From NCBI GenBank assembly GCA_964016885.1, contig OZ024741.1, forward strand, positions 224,192,001-224,256,000: a DNA stretch of 64,000 nucleotides, in the 5' to 3' direction. Within the stretch, counting starts at the first letter, position 1; each line of letters begins with the position of its first letter. Below are positions 12,782-23,574 of the stretch, in pieces. The stretch is from Eledone cirrhosa. Taxonomy: Eukaryota. Both the position numbers and the translations under genes were made by a program. The notes beneath the pieces were generated by a model. That model saw only the letters and a list, made by a program, of their open reading frames with translations, searched no databases and was not told the origin of the DNA.

Positions 12782-12783
<2 letters not shown>
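12469..12783. mobile_element. Penelope-like pLTR relic with nested inverted repeats
   Basis: 12469-12527 pairs with 12692-12750; 12528-12558 pairs with 12562-12591; hammerhead in the unpaired segment; inserted after (TA)n. Confidence 0.7.
12598..12636 (+). ncRNA. Minimal type-I hammerhead ribozyme
   Basis: tgaac CTGAAGA t tgc-gaaa-gca t GAAA gtac TT gttca: stem I tgaac/gttca, GNRA-capped stem II (U-U closing), palindromic stem III. Confidence 0.75.
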
Positions 12784-12821
<38 letters not shown>

Positions 12822-12822
<1 letters not shown>

Positions 12823-13147
12823 GAGGCACATGGCTTAGTGGTTAGAGCATTGGCCTTGCAATCGAAAGGTTGTGAGTTCAATTCTCAGACCGGGTGATGA
12901 GTTATTTCCTTGAGCAAGACACTTTATTTCACATTGCTCCAGTTTACTCAGCTGTAGAAATGAGATGATAGGGACTGGGGTCCATATCATTCCACTGCAA
13001 AGTGGTCGTGGAGGTGCCATGACAAAAAAAGCACCCAGCACTCGCTGTAAATGAGGTTGGTGTTAGGGAGGGCATCCAGCTGTAGAAATCAAGCCCACCC
13101 TTGCAAGCAGGGAAAAAGTGGACGTAAAATGAAATGATGCAATGATG
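12822..13147 (+). mobile_element. Full-length tRNA-derived SINE with RTE-derived 3' tail
   Basis: A box TGGCTTAGTGG, B box GTGAGTTCAATTC, central CCTTGAGCAAGACACTT block, tail GTTGGTGTTAGGGAGGGCATCCAGCTGTAGAAA...GGACGTAAAATGA. Confidence 0.85.
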
Positions 13148-15825
13148 AAACAATGTGAAGGAAAAGGAACTTTGATATATGACCATCAAATTAAAATGTT
13201 AAGTTTTCCTTCAGGTTTTTCAAGTTGTGGGCATCAGTTTATATTATACCATAAAGTATGTTTCAATAATATTGAATATTTTCTTCAAATTATTTGAAAT
13301 GATTTTAAAGATTTGCTGCTGTTATAATAGTTGCTTAGACACAGGCATGACTATTTCTTCTTTTTTCAGACAGTGCATTTATCTAGAACCACATTTTTTC
13401 AAATTATTCTCCAAATTCCAAGATGGTAGTAGCATGTGATTTGAGGGAGATGATTTTGTTGCTATTTCAAGCAGACTTAATCTGTTGTTTGATTTCATTG
13501 CCTTAAGCAGAATCAACTCAAGTATGTCTCCAGTTTAAGGATAACTTTCTCCTTTTCTCCCTCTCAGAAAAGGCTCATTTGTGTGTGCTGCCTTTTTTCT
13601 TCTGATTAAATGATTTTTAAAAAAATCAGCAACCATACAGGACACAGATTCTTAGCCATTTTATATTATTTGAATATTATTATAACTCAAATAATAACCA
13701 GCTGCTTCTAACTAGTTATTACATCAATAGGGGAACATCTCTATCACTTTTAATTTTCTTTTGTTCCTGAAAGCCAGTCCCTTATAGAATTGAAGTAGTC
13801 TAGATATCACTCCAATTTGTTGGTTATTAGCCAGCTAGGACAGCTTCTTTTTGAACAATGACAGCATCAGTTGGTGTGGCCTTTAGTCTCTTAGAAAATA
13901 CCATTCCACAACTCTGATGGGATTCTGAAATGCCAACTGTCTTCAGATTGCAGTTAATGATGTTAAGCGTTATTACTAATAAGCTTAAGAATTGCTTACA
14001 AGATCTGAGAGAGCAAATTGCCTTTATATTTATAGAAGATATGCCAACTTTGTGTTTTGTGGAAAAATAAATGTCTCACTCCTCCATGTGTTTAGTCTTA
14101 ATTTAGCTGTTGTTAGTGTCTTTGTTAATATTCACTCCAGTACTTTACTATATATTTTCATCAACATCAACTAATGATTATTTTCACTGCTAACTATGGT
14201 TAGATAGGTTGTTGCAGTCTGAGTTGGTACTCAAGTGGAGCTACAATTTGGATGGGCCAGGGTTCTGCATCTCACTTTCATATGATTCTATGCTCTACTG
14301 AGTGCATTTTATTGTGGCACCAGCACTAGAAAGGTTGTCATGTTTTTGACACAGTTGAACAGTCCTCCATATGCTTAGTTTGGCAAGCTTTCTATGACTG
14401 GATGCCCTTCATATCACCAACCACTTTACAAAGTGTAATGGGTACATTTATCATGTAGACCAATAACACTTTGGGAGGTTGTCATATCTTTGACACAACC
14501 AAAGAATTCTCTAGACTCTTTTTATTGATACCAATTTATCAAATAACTAAGTCCACCTTGGCATAAAGGGACATAAATCACACTAAATACCACAAGATAT
14601 ATTGTTATCATTGTAATGATTTCTCATTGCTTTCTTCCAGGAATTCAGTGTTGCAAACTTATAAAACCTTTGGAAATTATATAGCAAGCTCATTTCATTA
14701 TCATCAAACACTATCACTAAACATTTTAAGACTAATTTCTTTACTAAAACAAGAGTTAGCCTTGTAGGCTCCAATAACAAGCTTCTCAATTTTGTCCTAC
14801 CATCTGCAACACTCCTTCACCAACACTCTGGCTTTCATTTCTTCCTCAATCATCAATAGCTATGTTATTCATCTTTCCTCAACACATGACCCAATCATCT
14901 CATTCCATTTGTCTTCACAACATTAATCACTGGCACTATTTTCATTATCAGTAATTCAGTGTTTCTTTTTTTTTTACTCTGCATGACATAACAAGTGACT
15001 ATAAGGGTTGGCATCGGGAGGAGCAGCTGTCTGTAAAACACTGCCTCAAAGTCTCATCAAATCCATTCTAGTTTGGAAAAGTAGACATAAAAATTATGAT
15101 GATAGTGGTGGTAGTGATGATGATGTTGATATATTCATTCAATTATTTTGTGTAAATTAAAGAAAAAATGTTAATATGTCTTTACCTCCTCGCCTCATTT
15201 ATAATATATCGTTTGTTTTTTTATCCTCCACATATTTTGTAACACCTTTATACACATTTTATTGCACGACTGAATATATATTAGAGAATTATTATTATTA
15301 TTATCATTCATAGATAACATTTAGTGAAGATGGGTATAATATTTATCTGTAATGCATTCTTGATACTAACTGTTTAATAGAAACACAATGTTGTCTGATC
15401 ATCACATAAAGAAAGATACAGACACATAAATGTTTACAATACCAAAAAGATTCAAAGATAAATCTATGTGGACAGAAAACCGCTAAAAAACAGAGATTTC
15501 CAGATGTTATAGTAAGAAAAAATACAGCAGAATAACTAGTTACCTGTATGACTTTGGATGTTAAACTACCTGGCTTAGGAAAAAAAGAGATGTGGGGTAA
15601 CACTCAGAAGCAGAAGTAGTTACTTCTGTTAAAAGCAATAGATTTTTTTCGGTTAGAGACCAGAGTTGCTCCAGGAATAGGCATTACTTCTCTGCATTGA
15701 GCAATCACAACTCTGGTACTACAGATATATGGTTAGAATATCTGAGGAAAGAATCACAGGACAGATTTAATGGGCAAAGCCAACCGGTAGGAGACCCATA
15801 GGTAGACCACAAGCATAAATCAGCG

Positions 15826-17217
15826 TTTGATTCCTCTTATGCTCAATCTCTCTCTCAATTTGTTTATGTTTCACCGTTCGCGTATATTACTATTACACAT
15901 CCATCGGAGCATGCAAGCTTCGTTTCTTTCTAATCTGCGCAAGTCTTCCACAGACAGCGCCCAGGTCTCATTACCATGTAACATTGCTGTTCGTATACAC
16001 ACATCATACAGTCTGCCTTTCATTTTGAGGGAAAAGCCTTTTGCAGCTAGTAGTGGCAGTAACTCCCTGAACGTCTTCCATCCCGTTCTTACCCTAGTTA
16101 TTGTACTTTCTGAACACCTACCTCCGCTGCTAATTCGGCCACCTAGGTAACAGAAGCTGTCTACTCTTTCTGCAGAGCCCTCCCAGAGTTTGGTGGTGCT
16201 TGATTCCTGTGGCCGTTTGCTGCTTGCTGTCCCAGCGCAGCTGCTACATATGAAGCCTACATTCTTAGTTAATCTTCCTGAGATCCCACTACATCTCTTG
16301 AGTTATTTGCATTTGGGGCAGAGGATGGAGTTCCTACCTACACCTTTCCTACATACTGAGCAAGGCCATTTCCCTGAGGGAATCTGGGTTTTGTTTTCTC
16401 GTCTACTTACAAGAACCTTAGTCTTTGTCAGATTGACTTTGAGACCCTTTCTTTCTAGTCCCTGCTTCCATGTTTGGAATTTTTTCTCTAGTTCCACCAT
16501 GAATTCAGCTATAAGTGTGAGATCATCTGCATACAGGAGTTCCCATGGGCATCCGGTCTTAAACTCCTCCGTTATTGCCTGCAAAACTATAATGAACAGG
16601 AGAGGGCTAAGAACAGAGCCCTGGTGGACACCGATCTGTATGCTAAATTCCTCGCTAAAGTCATTGCTAACTCTAACTTTGCTGACTTCTCCTCTATACA
16701 TGGCTTATACAGCTTTCACAAGCCATTCCTCTACTCCTAATTTTCCAAGAGCCCACCAGATTATAGCACGTGGAACTCTGTCGAAGGCTTTTTCCAGATC
16801 TATGAATGCCAGGTAGAGCGGCTTACTTTTAGCTAGGTACTTTTCCTGTAACTGCCTCACAAGGAAGAGGGCATCAGTGGTGCCTTTTCCTGGTACAAAC
16901 CCCCAAATTGCATCTCATCTAGTTTCACCCGTGCTATAACTCTTCGGTTACTTTCGTGACCTGGTCCATCAGCTTTATACCTCTATAGTTTCCTCTATCA
17001 AGTGTATCTCCTTTATCCTTGTAGCAGTTGACTATGATGCTGCTGCACCAATCCTTTGGTATGATACCCTCTAGTATTACCTGGTTAGCAATTCGTGTGG
17101 TTATGGTGTGACCTGCCAACCCAGATGCCTTCAGCATCTCGGCAGCTATACCCGATGGACCGGTTGCCTTCCCTGTCTTCATATCCTTAATTGCCTTACT
17201 TACTACTCTGCTGCTCA
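15826..17217 (-). mobile_element. RTE LINE internal fragment (second subfamily)
   Basis: ORFs 16303-16701 and 16934-17254 encode RT motifs (GVHQGSVLSPLLF, LLYADDL, NYRGIKL). Confidence 0.9.
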
Positions 17218-17230
17218 CATATATATATAT

Positions 17231-17452
17231 AACGAAAAGAAGTCGAAAATGCAACTGGAGTCTTTTTAAGAATATTCATATATTTCCTTTACCGGTTTCA
17301 CAGTTCTTATGCTTTTCAAAAGTAAAATTGAGATGGAGGGTTTGTGGTTTGTCTTCTTGACTCCTTTTCCTTATACTTTCACCTGTGTAGGACATCTGGT
17401 TTTTTTCTTTCTTTTTTTTTTATAAAAAAAATCTCTCATTTACTTATATACA

Positions 17453-17544
<92 letters not shown>

Positions 17545-17667
17545 TATGTATATATATGTGTGTGTGTGTGAGTGTATATAAGTAAATGAGAGATTTTTTT
17601 TATAAAAAAAAAAACAAGAAAAAAACCAGATGTCCTACACAGGTGAAAGTATAAGGAAAAGAAGTCA

Positions 17668-17670
<3 letters not shown>
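17231..17670 (-). mobile_element. Penelope-like pLTR relic with inverted arms around a microsatellite
   Basis: 17355-~17460 is inverted relative to ~17570-17670 with (CA)/(TA)/(TG) in the centre; variant hammerhead on the minus strand. Confidence 0.65.
17283..17328 (-). ncRNA. Hammerhead ribozyme variant with U3-A8 core
   Basis: Minus strand: ttttactt TTGAAAA gca(taagaac)tgt GAAA ccgg TA aaggaaa. Confidence 0.6.
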
Positions 17671-17701
<31 letters not shown>

Positions 17702-17719
17702 TTTCTTATAGCTTTAATT

Positions 17720-17757
17720 GCCCTGATGAGTCCTTAATAGGACGAAACATTGTTGGC
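17720..17757 (+). ncRNA. Canonical minimal hammerhead ribozyme in a ~105-bp insert between (TA)n runs
   Basis: gcc CTGATGA gtcct-taat-aggac GAAA cattg TT ggc. Confidence 0.85.
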
Positions 17758-17802
17758 TTATAAAGACTTTTGATGTATTGAAGGCTTCTTTGGTTTATTT
17801 TC

Positions 17803-17887
<85 letters not shown>

Positions 17888-17912
17888 ATATATATATATG
17901 TATATATATATA

Positions 17913-20041
17913 TTGGAAGTATCACTACAAGAGGCTACTAAATGAGGAGAATAAATGGGACAAAGATAGTCTGCCCCACATCGATCCAATAGAGGGACCA
18001 GCAGTGCAAGTTGAAGGTAGTATAATAAGTAAGGCAATCAAAGATATGAAGACGGTAAGGCGGCTGGGCCTTCGGAAATAGTTGCTGAAATGCTGAAAGC
18101 ATCTGGAACGGTGGGACACACTATGGTCACCCGGAGAACAAACCAAGTCATACAGAACGGGGTCATACCAAATGACTGGTGTAGCAGCATCATCATTAAC
18201 TGCTACAGTAAAGGAGATGCACTAGATAGAGGAAACTATAGAGGCATTAAATTAATTGACCAGGTCATGAAGGTCACAGAAAAAGTTATAGCGCAACTAA
18301 TCAGAGAGCAAATTGATCTAGACGAAATCCAGTTTGGGTTTGTGTCAGGTAAAAGTACCACAGACGCCCTTTTCCTTGTACGACAACTACAGGAGAAGTA
18401 CCTAGCTAAAAGTAAACTCCTATACTTAGCTTTTGTTGACTTGGAGAAAGCATTTGACAGAGACCCCTGCGCCATTATCTGGTGGGCTCTTAGAAAACTA
18501 GGTGTTGATGAATGGCTTGTGAGAGCTATACAAGCCATGTATAAAGAAACAATCAGCAAGGTTAGAATTAACAATGAATATAGTGAAGAATTTAGCGTAA
18601 AAGTTGGTGTTCATCAGGGCTCTGTCCTTAGCCCCCCTCCTATTTATTATTGTCCTTCAAGCTATAACAGAGGAGTTCAAGACCGGCTGCCCATGGGAAC
18701 TTCTCTATGCAGATGATCTAACGCTCATAGCTGAATCTATGGCTGAACTAGAGAAGAAATTTCAAACATGGAAGCATGGCCTAGAATCAAAAGGCCTTAA
18801 AGTTGCCTTGTCTAAGACTAAAGTTCTAGTATGTAGGAAGGAAAATAGGGCACAGGTCCCCCCCCCCCTGGTAAATGGCCATGCTCAGTGTGTAGGAAAG
18901 GAGTAGGCAGAAATTCCATTTTATGTCCCAAATGCAAAGTATAGGTGCATAAAAGATGTAGTGGGATCACAGGTAAGCTATCTAAGAACATAGATTTTAT
19001 ATGTGGCTGATGTTCAGGTGCAATAAGTAGCAAGTGCCCACAGGATACTAGCTCCTTCTATTGCCCAGATGGCTCTATAGAAATAGTGGACAACTTCCGT
19101 TACCTGGGTGACAAAATCAGCAGTGGTAGAGGGTACTTAGAAAGTACAGTAGCCAGAGTCAGAACAAGATGGAAAAAGTTCAGAGAGCTTATACCACTAT
19201 TGGCCGCTAAAGGTTTCTCTCTAAAAATGAAAGGCAGACTGTATGACGCCTGCATTCGAACAGCTATGTTACATGGCAGAGAGACATGGGCATTGTGTGC
19301 AGAGGATCTGCACAGACTGGAGAGGAACGAAGCCTGCATGCTCCGCTGGATGTGTAATAGTAATATACGTGAATGGCAAAGCATAAATAAACTAAGTGAG
19401 AAATTAGGAATAAGAGGAATCAGATGCTGTTTACTCGAGAGAAGACTACGTTGGTATGGTCACATGATGCGCATGAAAGACGACAGCTGTATAAAAAAGT
19501 GCAGGGCGATCAAAATTGACGGAAGTTATGGAGTAGGAAGACCCAGAAAAACCTGGGACGATTTGAAACTTACACCCTTACACACTTACACCTCTCTAAG
19601 ACAATGTCACTGGCTCGAGATCTTTGGCGCTAGCAGTAATACAGAAAACCAGCCTTGCGTCAGTACAAAGCGAAACCTATAGTCAATAGGCACCTCTTAA
19701 TCAAACATACACCCCTCTCCCACTACCCCAACACCAGCCCTTTCTCTGTAAAGTTATGTTGGTACAACAGCATCCAGTCCTAAATAAATGAGGTCGTGTA
19801 GGTGTCATGACAAAAAAAAACACACAATCCACGCTGTAATGTGGCAGTGTAGGTAACACCGTAAAAACCTCCCAGTCCACACTGTAAACGTAGTTGGTGT
19901 TAGGAAGGGCATCCAGCTGTAGAAAACCTGCCAGACAGTCCTATATGAGCGAGACGACCAATCTTGCCTCAAGTGGGATAATTCCAGTCTAAACCCATGT
20001 TAGCATGGAAGATAGACGTTAAACGATGATGATGATGATGA
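17913..20041 (+). mobile_element. 5'-truncated RTE LINE, frameshifted
   Basis: ORFs 18090-18716, 18604-18906 and 19086-19682 tile RT and C-terminus; 3' UTR ends GACGTTAAACGATGATGATGATGATG. Confidence 0.95.
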
Positions 20042-20046
20042 TATAA

Positions 20047-20128
<82 letters not shown>

Positions 20129-20195
20129 CCTTTCACTATATGTCTCTCCACTACTCCCCTACACACCCTTTGAATTCTGTTCCCACACACTTCTC

Positions 20196-20227
20196 ACCTG
20201 AGGAAGGGCTTATGCCCGAAACGTCGT
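20196..20227 (+). ncRNA. Minimal hammerhead (CUGAGGA + extra A) in a ~190-bp insert between (TA)n runs
   Basis: ac CTGAGGA a gggc-ttat-gccc GAAA cg TC gt; AATAAA about 35 nt downstream. Confidence 0.7.
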
Positions 20228-20557
20228 CCCCCACCAACACCCCACTCTCCAGAGCGTGAAATTAATAAACATTCGTTGTACTGCCTCTCTGTTTTGTCCC
20301 TGTTCAAATTTTTCCATTATATATATATATATAAAGAATGAATAATAACAGGTAGACATCATAAAAAGGTAATTTATTGTGTGTGCTTACAAATGTTTCC
20401 ATGGTGGTTATACAGCCTAGTTATGCTATGTGCAAATTTATCAGGAACTTAGTTTCTTCAACTATTCTTCAATAACTCGTTGAGTAACCTCTCATCGTAC
20501 GTCAACCCTATCCAGTGTAGTAATTAACCATTACTGCATCCAGGATAATCATATATA

Positions 20558-20593
<36 letters not shown>

Positions 20594-20620
20594 TGTATGT
20601 ATGTATGTATGTATGTATGT

Positions 20621-21225
20621 CAGGTCACCAGTTGTGCTACTGGTAACATGTATCCCAGTACAACCTGTCTCATGGTCGGGTTGTTGGCGACTAAACTGGC
20701 AACCCCACCAAGGTTTCTTGGTGAGGAGGGTGACTTTGGACATCCTGCAGGACTAAAAACAAAACCTGTCAAAGGGCAAAGGAGTTCTTAAGAGTCAATG
20801 GCCATCCAAACTCACCGGGAGAGATGACCCCTTAGCCTTTGTCAAGACAGAATTCTAGGAGAAGGAAAACTCTGATATAACACCTGCAACCCTGATGGTA
20901 TCCAATGATGTTGACTTGTTATTCTTTTTGGTAAATATCATCTAGGTTAAGAGAGTGGGACTGGCTTTGTGCAGTGCCTTTGCTCACTATAAAAGCTTCA
21001 CGACACAGGCATTGCTTTATATCTGGAGATCTCTCTGCACTTGTCGTCACATGATACCATGGGCCCAGCACTATGTGTCAATAATTGTAACAAGTGTAGT
21101 GTTTGTACCAGAGTTTTCAAGTCACTAGCTGGACTAAAAAGTCACACTCGTTCGGCGCATTGGTAGGGGTTCTCCTACATGGATATAAAGTATTGGCCGT
21201 ACTCGAAAACGAGTTGGCAGCCACC
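20621..21225 (+). mobile_element. ~600-bp non-coding interspersed repeat inserted in (TATG)n
   Basis: Flanked both sides by (TATG)n; same left end at 22823-22908 and 28204-~28560; CTAGGAGAAGGAAAACTCTG motif reminiscent of non-LTR 5' UTRs. Strand is assumed. Confidence 0.65.
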
Positions 21226-21255
21226 ATGTATGTATGTATGTATGTCAATGTGCCT

Positions 21256-21287
<32 letters not shown>

Positions 21288-21290
<3 letters not shown>

Positions 21291-21710
21291 AAAGAATAGA
21301 GGTGTAACACATGAGTTGTGATATATTGGTAAAAGGAAAAGAAAATGCTGACAAATTGTTCCCAGTGAAAAATAGTTTAATTAGAAATAAGTAAAAATTA
21401 GTAATAAGTATTGGTTAGTATTCTGTTTTAGTTTTAAGTTTTTACCGGTTGCGCATTTCTAATGCTTTTCAAAAATAATTTTGAGATAGAGCGCCCGTGA
21501 TGTTTGCTCTAATCATGTTTGCTCAGATTAGAGCAAACAACACGGGCGCTCTATCTCAAAATTATTTTTGAAAAGCATTAGAAATGCGCAACCGGTAAAA
21601 ACTTAAAACTAAAACTGAATACTAACCAATACTTATTACTAATTTTTACTTATTTCTAATTAAACTATTTTTCACTGGGAACAATTTGTCAGCATTTTCT
21701 TTTCCTTTTA

Positions 21711-21718
<8 letters not shown>
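21288..21718. mobile_element. Penelope-like pLTR relic: ~194-bp inverted arms + tail, in (TA)n, with U3-A8 hammerhead-like motifs on both strands
   Basis: 21321-21514 pairs with 21526-21718; tail 21288-21320; + strand 21565-21600 ttt TTGAAAA gcat-tagaa-atgc GCAA ccgg TA aaa; related to 17283-17350. Confidence 0.7.
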
Positions 21719-21767
<49 letters not shown>

Positions 21768-21879
21768 CTTTTAAAGCGATGAAATAGCAATGAAGGTTGG
21801 AAAATCACTGATGAAGGACTATTTTTATCATATGTAACCCATTTTTATCATATGCAACCACGCAGTATTCATTCTTCTC

Positions 21880-21962
<83 letters not shown>

Positions 21963-22589
21963 ATAATAATAAATTTGAAGACTAAAATCCAAAGAGAGCT
22001 CGATAAGGATAAATATATATCAAATATATAAGAACCGTAGACCAAATATTTATTAAAATAACAGATTAAAGTTTAAGCAAAGAATCGCTGCTTTCACTCT
22101 TAACGGGATCTTCTGAAACTAACAAAATCAATCTGCAAACGCAGAAGTGGATATTTCAAAAAACGTTGCAACCGGAGGAAGACAGGAAGACGATACTTTG
22201 GTTCGTGGAAACGTTCCCTGGCAAAGAACGGGAAAAAATGCATATAATACGTCATTATTTGGAGCGGTGAAAAACAATTACACGCAAAGACAGGACCACG
22301 TTTATGGTTTAAAAGAAGTCGTACACTAATGATCTCTTAGGTGGTTCATAGAGACGTTCTCTGGCAATGAACGAAAAAAACAAAGATAATACGTCATATG
22401 TGGAGCGGAGAGAACAATTGCACGCAAAGACAAAACCACGTAAATGGTATAACTGAAGTCGTAGACTAAAATTCTAACTAGGAAACCGAATGATTCTCGG
22501 CTTCAGAGTTAAGAATAAAGTAAATAAAATACAATACAGCTTCAGCTATACCATTTACGTGGTTTTGTCTTTGCGTGTAATTGTTCTCC

Positions 22590-22749
22590 ACGCTTTTTTG
22601 CCGTGGTACCTCCACGCCCACTTTACATTTCTACAGCTGAGTAAACTGGAGGAATGTGAAATAAAGTGTCTAGCTCAAGGAAACAACACATCACCCGGTC
22701 TGAGAATTGAGCTCACAATCTTTCGATTGCAAGGCCAATGCTCTAACCA

Positions 22750-22750
<1 letters not shown>
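22590..22750 (-). mobile_element. Partial tRNA-derived SINE
   Basis: Reverse complement of part of 23137-23428. Confidence 0.85.
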
Positions 22751-22819
<69 letters not shown>

Positions 22820-23136
22820 TGTCAGGTCACCAGTTGGTGCTACTGGTAACATGTATCCCAGTACAACCTGTCTCAAGGTCGGGTCGTTGGCGACTAAACT
22901 GGCAACCTCACTTTTCGTTGCTTCACCATCTTTGTTTGTTTACACTCCCGCTGTTCCCTTTATTTACATGTCCCAACGACTTTTTTTAGCCGTTGCTCGC
23001 ACCAACCGGAGGTATATGGTCTTTAAAGCACAGAAATACCAATGATGGTTGGAAGATCACTGATGAAGGACCACTTTATTCATATATATATATATATATA
23101 TACATATATACATACATACATATATATATATATAGA

Positions 23137-23428
23137 GGCACATGGCTTAGTGGTTAGAGCATAGGCCTTGCAATCGAAAGGTTGTGAGTTCAATTCTCAG
23201 ACCGGGTGATGTGTTGTTTCCTTGAGCTAGACACTTTATTTCACATTCCTCCAGTTTACTCAGCTGTAGAAATGTAAAGTGGGTGTGGAGGTACCACGGC
23301 AAAAAAGCACCCACCAGTCACTGTAAATGAGGTTGGTGTTAGGAAGGGCATCCAGCTGTAGAAATCAAACCAGAATCAGTTCTCGTCCCACCCTTGCAAG
23401 CAGGGAAAAGCAGACGTAAAATGATGAG
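23137..23428 (+). mobile_element. tRNA-derived SINE with RTE-derived tail
   Basis: Same family as 12822-13147 and 60105-60437. Confidence 0.85.
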
Positions 23429-23574
23429 ATATATATATATATTTGTTTATTCTTTTGGCGGTTTCAGCCATTGGACTCTGGCCATGTTGGGGCACTGCCT
23501 CAATTTAGTTGATCGTATTGACCCCAGTGCTTATTTTATCAATCCCTGAGTTATACATATATATATAGAGAGAT

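Noticed and set aside
12822-12895. tRNA gene
   Set aside because: tRNA-like A/B boxes continue directly into a SINE body and are repeated at several loci; acceptor stem not intact.
20334-20549. Minus-strand GAAACATTTGTA hammerhead half in a TA-flanked insert
   Set aside because: No matching core with stems I and II found.
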